From contig JAUJOY010000002.1 of NCBI GenBank assembly GCA_030447385.1, positions 99,392 through 163,391 of the forward strand: a DNA stretch of 64,000 nucleotides, written 5' to 3'. Each line of letters starts with the position of its first letter. The first letter of the stretch is position 1. The translations under genes were made by a program, and so were the position numbers. Below the pieces are notes generated by a model. It worked only from the letters and a program-made list of their open reading frames with translations, did not search any database and was not told where the DNA came from. This document shows positions 18,565-27,431 of this stretch, piece after piece. This DNA is from Mycobacteriales bacterium. GTDB taxonomy: Bacteria; Actinomycetota; Actinomycetes; Mycobacteriales; SCTD01.

Positions 18565-19806
18565 TCACTGCTCGCGTGCGATCGAGCGCACGGTGACCAG
18601 GCCGTAGGCGGCTGCTGCCAGCAGGAGCACACCGCCGAGCAGGTACACCGCCGTGATCCCGGCGACCTCGGCCAGCGCGCCGCCGAGCCCGAGCGAGACC
18701 AGTCGCCCGCTCTGCCACAGCAGGTCCATGGAGGCGAGCACGCGCCCGCGCAGGCGCTCGGGGGTCTCCGCCTGCAGCAGCGAGGTGAAGGTGACCGCCC
18801 CGCTCGACGTCGCCAGGCCGTACGCCGTGAGCGACCCTGCTGCCACCGGAAGCCGGGAGGTGCCGGCGAGGACCAGGTCGACGCCTCCCCGCAAGGCGAA
18901 CGGGCCGAAGACGAACAGGGGCCGTCGAGGCGTGCGGACCAGGCGCAGGAGCAGCAGTGGCCCCAGCACGGCGCCCACCCCGATCGCTGCGAGCAGCAGG
19001 CCGTACCCGGTTCCGCCGACCTGCAGCTGCTCGCGCGCGTAGACGACCAGCAGCGCGCTGGTGGCCCCGCTGGACAGAGCGGCCAGCAGCTGGGCCACCG
19101 CCAGTGCCCGCAGGAGCCGGTCGGCGAGCAGGGCTCGCGCACCCTCGCGCGCGTCGGCGAGGAGGCGGCCGCGGGGCGGCGTCGGCAGGGCAGCAGGGAC
19201 GCGCAGCCCGCGGAGGGAGGCGGCGCTCGCGAGGTAGCTCGCCGCGTTGACCGCGAAGCCCCAGCCGAACCCGAACGTGACCACGACCAGCCCCGCGAGC
19301 GGCGCGAGGGCGATCTGCGACAGCACCGCGGCGGTCCAGATGCCGCTGTTCGCGGCCACCAGGGCGTCCTTGTGCACCAGAGCGGGCAGCACCGACCCGG
19401 CAGCCGGGGAGAAGAACACCGCGCCGCAGGACAACCCGAACGCGACCGCCAGGAGGACCGCGAGGCTGTCGTGCTCCACGACCAGCACCCCGGCGAGGCC
19501 TGCGCGGACGACGTCGGCGGCCACCATCACCTGCACCCGCGGGAGCCGGTCCACCAGGGCTCCCGCGAAGGGGGCGAGGAGCAGGACCGGCAGGATCTCC
19601 GCGCCGACCACGGCGGTGACGCCGAGCCCCGAGCCGGTCAGCTCATAAGCCAGGAGGGCGAGCGTGACCGCATGCACGATGTCGCCCCACTGCGAGGCGG
19701 TCCGCGCACCCCACAGCCGGCGGTAACCCGGTGCGGCGAAGACCGCTCGCAGCCGCGGACGTGGGGCGAGGGGAGGCAGGCCGGAGGCCGCCGCAGGCTC
19801 CTCGAT
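18565..19806 (-). CDS. MFS transporter (DHA3/NreB-like; possible nickel exporter); start codon uncertain
   Basis: About 12 hydrophobic segments; GALVDRLPR, PERLRGRV. MFS-like sequence (PGYRRLWGARTASQWGD) extends upstream of the first GTG at 19677. Confidence 0.75.
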   Translation of the reverse strand: MEEPAAASGLPPLAPRPRLRAVFAAPGYRRLWGARTASQWGDIVHAVTLALLAYELTGSGLGVTAVVGAEILPVLLLAPFAGALVDRLPRVQVMVAADVVRAGLAGVLVVEHDSLAVLLAVAFGLSCGAVFFSPAAGSVLPALVHKDALVAANSGIWTAAVLSQIALAPLAGLVVVTFGFGWGFAVNAASYLASAASLRGLRVPAALPTPPRGRLLADAREGARALLADRLLRALAVAQLLAALSSGATSALLVVYAREQLQVGGTGYGLLLAAIGVGAVLGPLLLLRLVRTPRRPLFVFGPFALRGGVDLVLAGTSRLPVAAGSLTAYGLATSSGAVTFTSLLQAETPERLRGRVLASMDLLWQSGRLVSLGLGGALAEVAGITAVYLLGGVLLLAAAAYGLVTVRSIAREQ

Positions 19807-19811
19807 GCGCG

Positions 19812-20546
19812 CTAGCCGGTGGTCAGCAGGCGGTTCGCGAGATCGACCAGCACGCGGACGGCGGGTGCGTCCGGGGAGGCGTCGAGCGGAGAGACGCCGC
19901 TGCGTTCCGCCGCGACGATCGCCGGGTCGTCCGGGACGAGGACGACCTCGACGTCCGGGAAGGTCTCTCGGATGCGCTGCTCGTCTGCGGCATCGCGCAC
20001 GCGGTTGGCCGCGACCACGATGTGCCCCAGCTTGTTCTCGCGCACCGTCTCCGCGGCGCGGCGGCCCACCTCGAGCGACTTGGCCGTGGGCTCGACGACG
20101 ACGACGACCACGTCGACGGGATTGCCTTCCAGGCGCAGGACCGTGCCGATGCCGGCCTCGAAGTCGGCGACGACCACGCGGTCGGGACGTGCGAGCTGCC
20201 CGAGCAACTGCTCAGGTGAGATGCCACATCATGGACAGCCTGGTTCGGGATTCTGGATCGCGGTCACCACGGCGAGTCGCACACCGTCAGGCGCGTCGAC
20301 GCCGAAGTTGGTCACGAGCTCGTCGGCGGTTGCCGGGTGCTGCTCCTCGCCCGCGTCGACGGCGTCACGCACCGAGATCAGCCGCTCGGTCTCCAGCTCG
20401 CCGATGCCGAGGGAGATCCCGAGGTTGGGGTTGCTGTCGCAGTCCAGCGCCAGCGTGGTGCGGCCGGAGCGCGCAATGGTGCGAGCCAGGATCGCGGAGG
20501 TCGTCGTCTTGCCCGACCCGCCCTTGCCTACGATGGCGATCTTCAT
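19812..20546 (-). CDS. CooC-like ATPase (paralog 3) with in-frame UGA at codon 106; candidate selenoprotein
   Basis: ORFs 20229..20546 and 19812..20207 are in the same frame. Read-through gives GKGGSGKTT...PGCP(U)CG...ADFEAG...VEPTAKS...ANR...PDDP, 244 aa, similar in length to the paralogs. Confidence 0.75.
20199..20216 (-). other. Putative bacterial SECIS hairpin CCUGAGC-AGUU-GCUCGGG
   Basis: 7-bp stem, 4-nt loop with G at position 2, loop 19 nt 3' of the UGA at 20231..20229. Confidence 0.55.
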
Positions 20547-21301
20547 ACGCGCTCCGTCTCCTTCTGCAGGGTTGCGACCAGCGAACGAACCGCCGTGGCG
20601 GTGGGGCCTTGTGGGTCGTGGTCCAGAACGGCGAGGCCCAGCCGGTCCGCCTCGCCGACAGCCGGGTCGAAGGGAACCGCCCCCAGCAGGGGCAGTCCGG
20701 TGCGCGCCGAGACCTGCTCGGCGTCCTGGGGCTCGCGCACCTTGTTGGCGATGACCAGCACCCGCGGCGCGCCCTGCATGCCGGCCAGCCTGGCAAGCCG
20801 GCGCCCAGTCAGCAGGGAGGCCGGGGTCGGCTCGACGACCACGAGGTAGGTCTCGGCGTAACGGCCCCAGGTGGCGAACGGCTGGCGGGTGCCCCCTGGA
20901 AGGTCACCCACGATGCTCCAGCCCGAATCGGGCAGGTCGTCCATCAGGCGCTGGAAGCCGAAGTGCTGGCGGGAGTTGTTCCACCGGCCGCCCCGCGCCT
21001 TGCCCAGCTGCAGGAAGTAGACGCCCTCGGCGCTGCGCACGGCGTACTGCTCGACTGCGTCGGAGCCGGTCAGGCCGGCCCGCAGCCGGTAGCGCCGTCG
21101 GCCCTCCTCCTCGTACTCCTCCACGGCCTCGTCGGGCAGCCCGACGTCGCTCTGCGGCAGCCCGAGGGAGAACGCCATGCCCGGCATCGGGTCGGAGTCC
21201 AGCGCGAGGACCCGCTCTCCGGTGCCCGCCAGGACGCGGGCGAACGTCCCGGACAGCGAGGATTTTCCGGCTCCACCCTTGCCCACGAAAGCGACACGCA
21301 T
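20543..21301 (-). CDS. CooC-like ATPase (paralog 4) lacking the CxC motif
   Basis: GKGGAGKSS, DSDPMP, VEPT, ANK, PFDP; no Cys at the motif position. Stop overlaps the paralog-3 start (ATGA). Confidence 0.8.
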   Translation of the reverse strand: MRVAFVGKGGAGKSSLSGTFARVLAGTGERVLALDSDPMPGMAFSLGLPQSDVGLPDEAVEEYEEEGRRRYRLRAGLTGSDAVEQYAVRSAEGVYFLQLGKARGGRWNNSRQHFGFQRLMDDLPDSGWSIVGDLPGGTRQPFATWGRYAETYLVVVEPTPASLLTGRRLARLAGMQGAPRVLVIANKVREPQDAEQVSARTGLPLLGAVPFDPAVGEADRLGLAVLDHDPQGPTATAVRSLVATLQKETERV

Positions 21302-21338
21302 GCCGTGACTGTAGGCCGGAAGCGCACGAGCCGTCTCG

Positions 21339-21359
21339 CTAGAGTCGCCACACATCTAC
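21339..21359. promoter_or_regulatory. Candidate operator CTAGAGTCG-CCA-CACATCTAC in the divergent cooC/hypC promoter region
   Basis: Right half matches the 9867 motif; a TACACT -10-like hexamer lies about 10 bp downstream. Confidence 0.4.
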
Positions 21360-21409
21360 CGGAAAGGCTTACACTTGGGACATCCCCCCCGCAGCAAGGA
21401 GAGCTCGAC

Positions 21410-21727
21410 ATGTGCCTCGGCATCCCCGGCCAGATCGTGGAGATCAACGACCCCGGGCAGCAGCGCGTGAAGGTCGACGTCGAGGGCGTGCGGCGTGAGG
21501 TCTCCGTCTCCCTGATCGGCCTCGACGGTCCGGACGGCGCGCAGGTGGGGGACTGGGTCCTGGTCCACGTCGGCTTCGCGATGGCCAAGATCGACGAGGC
21601 GGAGGCCAAGGAGACGCTCAACGCCCTCAAGTCCCTCGGCGACCTCTACGAGCAGGAGCTGTCCGACTACTCCGCGGATGTCGAAGGGCTCGAGGACCAC
21701 TGGCCTGCGGTAGTAGGCAAGTCGTGA
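21410..21727 (+). CDS. hypC: Hydrogenase maturation chaperone HypC
   Basis: MCLGIPGQIVE, VGDWVLVHVGFA; RBS AAGGAG. Confidence 0.95.
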   Translation: MCLGIPGQIVEINDPGQQRVKVDVEGVRREVSVSLIGLDGPDGAQVGDWVLVHVGFAMAKIDEAEAKETLNALKSLGDLYEQELSDYSADVEGLEDHWPAVVGKS

Positions 21728-22458
21728 CCGTCACGCACCCGGCAGCCACCTCCCAGCCGGTTGCGGACGACGGCCTTCCGGAGGGCCTCGCGGACGGTCT
21801 CGCGGCCGCCTCACTGGTGCTGGCTCGCCGGCTGCACGCCGGCGGGACCCTGTGGTGCGCCTCGCCGTCCTGGCCGCACCACGCCCAGCACGTCGCGGTG
21901 GAGTTCGTCCACCCCGTCATCGTCGGCAAGCCTGCCCTGCCCGCGGTGGCCCTGCCGACGCACGAGCTGACGGCGAACGCGCGGGCGAACGTCCGTCCCG
22001 GCGACGTCCTGGTCGTGATCGGCGCGGCTGACGACCCGGTCGTCCGCGACCTCGTCCGCCGTGCACCCGCGTGGGACCTCGTGACCCTCTGGGTGGGGGC
22101 CGGGACGCCGCCGGCGGCGGGCGCCGCTGACCACGTCCTCTGGCTGCCCGAAGACGAGATGGCCGCGCACGATGGACGCTTCATCCTGCTCTACCACCTG
22201 CTCTGGGAGCTGGCGCACGTGTGCCTCGAGCACGGCGGCGTCCTCGAGCCGGAGCCGGAGTGCGACGGCCCCGTGTGCATCACCTGCTCCGACGAGGGCC
22301 GCCTCGTGGAGGTCGTACGCTCCTCGGGCAGCACCGCGCGGGTGCGCTCCGGCGACGGCCTCGAGGACGTGGATCTGAGCCTGGTCGGGCCGGCCGGGCC
22401 CTACGACCTGCTGGTCGTGCACGCCGGCATGGCGATCACCCGCCTGGGCGCGCCGTGA
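21724..22458 (+). CDS. SIS-domain / HypC(HupF)-like fusion protein
   Basis: AQHVAVEFVHPVIVGKPALPA (SIS-like), then CDGPVCITCSDEG and LVVHAGMAI (HypC-like). Confidence 0.75.
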   Translation: MTVTHPAATSQPVADDGLPEGLADGLAAASLVLARRLHAGGTLWCASPSWPHHAQHVAVEFVHPVIVGKPALPAVALPTHELTANARANVRPGDVLVVIGAADDPVVRDLVRRAPAWDLVTLWVGAGTPPAAGAADHVLWLPEDEMAAHDGRFILLYHLLWELAHVCLEHGGVLEPEPECDGPVCITCSDEGRLVEVVRSSGSTARVRSGDGLEDVDLSLVGPAGPYDLLVVHAGMAITRLGAP

Positions 22459-23111
22459 CGTCGTCCGGGAGCTTCCTCTACCCCATGCTCGACGCTCCGG
22501 AGCGGGACGCCTCCGCGCTGCTGGCGGACCTGGCCCGCTCGGCGCAGGCCAAGGCCATGGAGAGCACCACGGTCCGCACGACGACCATGACGTCCCAGGC
22601 AGCGGGGCTCGACCGGGCCGCGGAGGCCATGGCGGCGGCGTTCTCTGCGGGGGGCCGGCTGTTCTGCTTCGGCAACGGCGGATCGGCCACCGACGCGGCC
22701 GGCCTGGCGGCGCTGTTCGCGTCCCCGTCCACCGGCCGATCACTGCCGGCGCGGTCGCTGGTGGCCGACAGCTCCGTGCTCACCGCGCTCGCCAACGACA
22801 TCGGCGTCGACGTCATCTTCGCCCGGCAGCTCATCGCGCACGCGCAGCCCGGTGACATCGCGCTCGGGTTGTCGACCAGCGGTGGCTCGGTCAACGTCCT
22901 CAAGGCGTTCGCCGAGGCCCGGCGGCGGGGGCTGCTGACCGTCGGCCTCGCCGGCTACCGCGGCGGCGCGATGGGCACGAGCAGCGACCTCGAGCACTGC
23001 CTCGCCGTCGATGCCCAGAGCGTGCACCGCACGCAGGAAGCGCAGTCCGCGCTGGCCTATGCCCTGTGGGAGCGCGTCCAGGAACGTCTAGAGCACGAGG
23101 AGATCCGGTGA
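22455..23111 (+). CDS. Phosphoheptose isomerase (GmhA)-like SIS protein
   Basis: GNGGSATDA, LTALAND, FARQL, STSGGS.NV, HRTQE. Confidence 0.85.
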   Translation: MTSSGSFLYPMLDAPERDASALLADLARSAQAKAMESTTVRTTTMTSQAAGLDRAAEAMAAAFSAGGRLFCFGNGGSATDAAGLAALFASPSTGRSLPARSLVADSSVLTALANDIGVDVIFARQLIAHAQPGDIALGLSTSGGSVNVLKAFAEARRRGLLTVGLAGYRGGAMGTSSDLEHCLAVDAQSVHRTQEAQSALAYALWERVQERLEHEEIR

Positions 23112-24247
23112 AGTACGTCGACGAGTACCGCGATCCCGCAGCCGCCCGGCTCGCGGTCCGGCGCATTACCGAGCTGGCCGAGGGTGGGCGCAACGGCGTG
23201 CCGTACGCCTTCATGGAGGTCTGCGGCGGGCACACGCACACGATCTACCGGCACGGGATCGAGCAGCTGCTGCCCGAGACCGTCGAGCTGGTGCACGGCC
23301 CCGGCTGCCCGGTCTGCGTGATCCCGATGGGGCGCGTCGACGACGCGATCTCACTGGCCGAGCAGCCCGGCGTCATCTTCACCTCCTTCGGCGACATGAT
23401 GCGCGTGCCCGGCAGCACCTCGAGCCTGCTCGAGGCCAAGGCGCGGGGCGCCGACGTGCGGATGGTCTACAGCCCGCTCGACGCGCTGAAGATCGCCATG
23501 GCTAACCCGGACCGCCGGGTGGTGTTCTTCGCCGTCGGCTTCGAGACGACCGCGCCATCCACTGCGGTCACGCTCCTTCGCGCCCGCGAGGCCGGCGTCA
23601 CCAACTTCAGCGTGTTCTCCAACCACGTCACGATCGTGCCGCCGCTCAAGGCGATCCTCGACTCCCCGGACCTGCGCCTGGACGGCTTCCTCGGCCCGGG
23701 TCACGTCAGCACCGTCATCGGCAACCGGCCGTACGACTTCGTGCCGCAGCGCTACGGGCTGCCGCTGGTGACCGCCGGCTTCGAGCCGCTCGACATCCTG
23801 CAGTCCGTCGTGATGCTGCTGCAGCAGTACGCCGACGGACGCTGCGAGGTCGAGAACCAGTACAGCCGCATCGTGACCGACGAGGGCAACCCGATCGCGA
23901 TGCGGATCCTCCAGCAGGTCTTCACGCTGCGTCCGCACTTCGAGTGGCGTGGCCTCGGCTTCATCGCCCAGAGCGCGCTCGCGCTCAACGAGGACTTCGC
24001 GGCCTACGACGCGGAGCGGCTGTTCGCGCTGCCGGGCGTGCGCGTGGCCGACCCGAAGTCCTGCCAGTGCGGCGAGGTCCTCAAGGGCGTCATCAAGCCC
24101 TGGGAGTGCAAGGTCTTCGGGACGGCCTGCACCCCCGAGACGCCCATCGGCACGTGCATGGTCTCCTCCGAGGGTGCCTGCGCGGCCTACTACACCTTCG
24201 GCCGGCTCCACAAGACCGCCGCCGGCCTCGCCGCGGCGTCGGCGTGA
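23108..24247 (+). CDS. hypD: Hydrogenase maturation protein HypD
   Basis: MEVCGGHTH, GPGCPVC, GFETT, PGHVS, CMVSSEGAC. Confidence 0.97.
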   Translation: MKYVDEYRDPAAARLAVRRITELAEGGRNGVPYAFMEVCGGHTHTIYRHGIEQLLPETVELVHGPGCPVCVIPMGRVDDAISLAEQPGVIFTSFGDMMRVPGSTSSLLEAKARGADVRMVYSPLDALKIAMANPDRRVVFFAVGFETTAPSTAVTLLRAREAGVTNFSVFSNHVTIVPPLKAILDSPDLRLDGFLGPGHVSTVIGNRPYDFVPQRYGLPLVTAGFEPLDILQSVVMLLQQYADGRCEVENQYSRIVTDEGNPIAMRILQQVFTLRPHFEWRGLGFIAQSALALNEDFAAYDAERLFALPGVRVADPKSCQCGEVLKGVIKPWECKVFGTACTPETPIGTCMVSSEGACAAYYTFGRLHKTAAGLAAASA

Positions 24248-25335
24248 CCGCCGTCCAACCCGAGGGACGACAGGAGCTCGTCCTCGAGCGGGTCGAGACC
24301 TTCCGCCGGCGCCGGCCGCGGCTGACCGACAAGGTCGTCACGCTGGCGCACGGCGCCGGGGGCAAGTCCTCCGCCGCCCTGATCGACAAGGTGTTCCTCG
24401 AGGCCTTCCGCAACGACGCCCTCGAGCAGCTGGGCGACGGTGCGCTGCTCGAGCTCCCCTCCGGTGAGCGGCTCGCCTTCGCCACCGACTCCTACGTCGT
24501 GCGCCCGCGCCGGTTCCCCGGCGGGTCGATCGGCCACCTGGCGGTGCACGGCACGGTGAACGACCTCGCGATGTGCGGTGCCCAGGCGACGTGGCTGTCG
24601 GCGGCGTTCGTCATCGAGGAGGGGTTCCCGATCGACGAGCTGACCGCGATCGTCGCCGACATGGCGGAGGCGGCAGCGACGGCGGGCGTGCAGATCGTCA
24701 CCGGCGACACCAAGGTGGTCGACACCGGCGCGGCGGACGGGTGCTACATCACGACCGCCGGCATCGGCATCGTGCCCGAGGGACGGCGCTTCGGCGCCGA
24801 CCTGGTGCAGCCGGGCGACGTCGTGCTCGTCAGCGGGACCCTCGGCGACCACGGGGTCGCCGTCCTGCTCGCGCGCGGTGACCTCGACCTCGAGGCCGAC
24901 GTCCAGTCCGACACCGCGCCGCTGCACGAGCTCATGGAGGTCCTCCTCGCAGCGGCTCCAGGGACCCGCTGGCTGCGCGACCCGACCCGCGGCGGGGTCG
25001 GGACGGTCTGCAACGAGCTGGCCGCCGACGCCGAGGTCGCGGTGGTCCTGCAGGAGTCGGCGCTGCCGATCCGCCGGCCCGTGCTCGGTGCCTGCGACCT
25101 GCTCGGCATCGACCCGCTCTACGTGGCCAACGAGGGCAAGCTGCTGGCGGTGGTGCCCGCGGAGCAGGCCGAGGCCGCCCTGAAGGCGATGGTGGTGCAC
25201 CCGCTCGGGACCGACTCGGCGATCATCGGGCGGATCGCCGCCGAGCCGGAGCGGATCGTGCTGCTCGAGACCTCGTTCGGCGGCACCCGCATCGTGGACA
25301 TGCTCGTCGGGGACCCGCTGCCTCGCATCTGCTGA
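24244..25335 (+). CDS. hypE: Carbamoyl dehydratase HypE
   Basis: LAHGAGG, GTVNDLA, RDPTRGG, ANEG, C-terminal LPRIC. Confidence 0.97.
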   Translation: MTAVQPEGRQELVLERVETFRRRRPRLTDKVVTLAHGAGGKSSAALIDKVFLEAFRNDALEQLGDGALLELPSGERLAFATDSYVVRPRRFPGGSIGHLAVHGTVNDLAMCGAQATWLSAAFVIEEGFPIDELTAIVADMAEAAATAGVQIVTGDTKVVDTGAADGCYITTAGIGIVPEGRRFGADLVQPGDVVLVSGTLGDHGVAVLLARGDLDLEADVQSDTAPLHELMEVLLAAAPGTRWLRDPTRGGVGTVCNELAADAEVAVVLQESALPIRRPVLGACDLLGIDPLYVANEGKLLAVVPAEQAEAALKAMVVHPLGTDSAIIGRIAAEPERIVLLETSFGGTRIVDMLVGDPLPRIC

Positions 25336-25366
25336 GCCCCGCCGTCCCGGCCCGGCGCGGACTGGC

Positions 25367-27430
25367 CTATCGCAGCAGGAAGCGGTCGAGGCGGATGCCG
25401 GAGTAGGAGTCCAGCACCTGCGCCGCGCGCCGCTCCGCCTGCTCCGCCGCCTCGAGCTCCTCCTGGGCGATCTGGCGGGCCGTCTTCTCAGGCTGCCGAG
25501 GGGGCGCGGGGGGGCGCCGGGCGCCGCCGCCGGCGTGCCGCATCCGCAGCTGCTCGGCCTGCTGGCGCTTCTTGATCGCCCGGGTCTCGATCGAGATGCG
25601 CCGCAGGAGCTGGGCCTGCTGCGCCTTGAGCTGCTGGCGCTCCTGCTCGGCGGCCTTCCGGATGGCCTCGACGTCCTCCGGCGGAAGCGTGCTCGGGGCG
25701 GTCTTCATCGCCTTGTTGACCTCGCCGCGGTGCCAGGCCTTCAACGCCTGCACACCCGCTCCGTCCAGGCCGTCGATGAGGTAGCGCTGACCCCGCCGGT
25801 CCACGATGAGGCCGACCTTCCGCTTGCCGGCAGCGGGGCCGACCGTCACCGAGCCGATGTCGGCGGCGGTCACGATGCCGACCTGCGCCATGTGGCGGGT
25901 GATTCGGGGATGGATGCCCCACAGGATCGAGCGGGTGATGACGAGGGGCTTCAGCTGCTGGACGACGTGCGCCTCCTGCACGGCTTCCAGTGCCTCACGC
26001 AGACGGCCCGCCTCGGTCTGCTGCAGCTCGGCGAGGGCCTGCGTCACCTGCGCCTTCTCCTCCTGCGCCTGCGCGGTCACCCGCTCGATCTCGATCTGCT
26101 CGCGGCTCGCGCCGGGCGTCCCGCCCGCTGGCGTCGCCGCGGCGGGGGGTGCGCGGTGAGGCGACGGCCGTCCGGTGCGCAGGCGTTCTGCCGCAGCGAA
26201 CCGCTCCTCGCGGGCTGACTGCAAGGCGTACGCCGCCCGCTGCCGGTCGGCGAGCTCGGGCTGCGCGCGGTAGGCGGGCACGGCGATGGCCACCGCCGCG
26301 AGGAGCGACAGGGCAACCACCGGGATGCCCACGACGGGGAGCAGCACGGCGACCGGCATCGCGAGCAGCCCGAGGACGGCCAGCGCGAGGCACAGCCGCG
26401 AGCTGCCGAGGCCGCCCGAGAAGGTGACGGGCCGCACCTGCTGCGGGCGCCCTGTCGGGATGGCGGGTGGGTCCTGGACCGTCCTGGCGGAGGGAAGCGG
26501 GTCGTAGCCGCCACCGGTCAGGATCTCGTCCGGCGAGGGCAGACCTGCGGGCTCGAACTCCGGGACAAAGGACAGGGCCCTGGCGCTCCAGCACGTCTCG
26601 AGCGCGGCAAGAGCGGTGGAGAACTGCGGCATCCCGGCGAGAGCGGAGAGCACCTGCCGGTCCTCGAAGTCCTCGCGCCCGAACAGGAGCTTCTCCTCGC
26701 CCTCGGCGTGGAACTCCGTCCACAAGCCCGGGTCCTCGATCAGCAGGAGCAGGCTGACGTAGATGAGCCAGGCCGAGAAGTCGTCCAGCTTGTCGTCGTA
26801 GTCGTTCATGGTGCGCAGCGGCGACTGGTAGTTGATGTGGCCCATCTCGGCCGCGCCGTGCTCGATCAGGCTCTTGGAGAACATCCCGTCGTAGTCGATC
26901 AGCCGCAGCCGGCCGGCCCGGTCCACGATCAGGTTGCCGTGCTGCAGGTCCCCGTGTGCGAGCCCGGCGTCCTGCAGGTCGTTCACCATGTCGGCGAAGT
27001 CGAGCGCGAGATCGGCGATGGCGCCCGACTGCTCGAGGTTGCGCTCCAGCCACGGGATCAGGCCGGAGGCCTCGATCCACTCCATCTTCAGGATGGGGTA
27101 CCAGCTGCCCCGCACGAGGATGCCGGACTGCTGGTAGTCGAAGCCGATCTGCCAGGAGGTGTTCAGGTCGGCCAGGCCCGCCGACACCGCCTCGTAGCGG
27201 ACCTGCTGGTCGGGCACGTGCCGGGTGAAGCACTTCACCGCGTAGCGCTTGCCGTTTCCCCCCACCACGCTGAAGACGCTCGCGAAGTTGCCCGAGATGG
27301 CCCTCGGCATGCCGAGCGGGGTCGTCTGGACGTCGCCGCCCCGCAGGTCCTTGTCCCGAAAGCAGCTGCCGGTGTTCTGCAGCGCCTCGGCGTAGTCGCT
27401 GCTGCTGGGGTACTTCTTCGGGCTCGCCAT
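25367..27430 (-). CDS. Membrane Ser/Thr protein kinase (YegI/TerY-P type)
   Basis: SGNFASVF, AVKCF, HGDLQHGN, LIDYDG; two TM helices; coiled-coil C-terminus. Confidence 0.85.
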   Translation of the reverse strand: MASPKKYPSSSDYAEALQNTGSCFRDKDLRGGDVQTTPLGMPRAISGNFASVFSVVGGNGKRYAVKCFTRHVPDQQVRYEAVSAGLADLNTSWQIGFDYQQSGILVRGSWYPILKMEWIEASGLIPWLERNLEQSGAIADLALDFADMVNDLQDAGLAHGDLQHGNLIVDRAGRLRLIDYDGMFSKSLIEHGAAEMGHINYQSPLRTMNDYDDKLDDFSAWLIYVSLLLLIEDPGLWTEFHAEGEEKLLFGREDFEDRQVLSALAGMPQFSTALAALETCWSARALSFVPEFEPAGLPSPDEILTGGGYDPLPSARTVQDPPAIPTGRPQQVRPVTFSGGLGSSRLCLALAVLGLLAMPVAVLLPVVGIPVVALSLLAAVAIAVPAYRAQPELADRQRAAYALQSAREERFAAAERLRTGRPSPHRAPPAAATPAGGTPGASREQIEIERVTAQAQEEKAQVTQALAELQQTEAGRLREALEAVQEAHVVQQLKPLVITRSILWGIHPRITRHMAQVGIVTAADIGSVTVGPAAGKRKVGLIVDRRGQRYLIDGLDGAGVQALKAWHRGEVNKAMKTAPSTLPPEDVEAIRKAAEQERQQLKAQQAQLLRRISIETRAIKKRQQAEQLRMRHAGGGARRPPAPPRQPEKTARQIAQEELEAAEQAERRAAQVLDSYSGIRLDRFLLR

Positions 27431-27431
27431 G

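Noticed and set aside
8056-21301. Reading the GKGG ATPases as ParA/MinD or as evidence of a CO dehydrogenase
   Set aside because: D.D.NPNL, CxC and DMEAG.EHL.R motifs fit CooC better, and no cooS or cox structural genes are in the window
19805-21409. Long N-terminal extension of hypC in ORF 19805..21727
   Set aside because: HypC needs its N-terminal MC, and ATG 21410 has an RBS; the upstream part is antisense to the cooC genes
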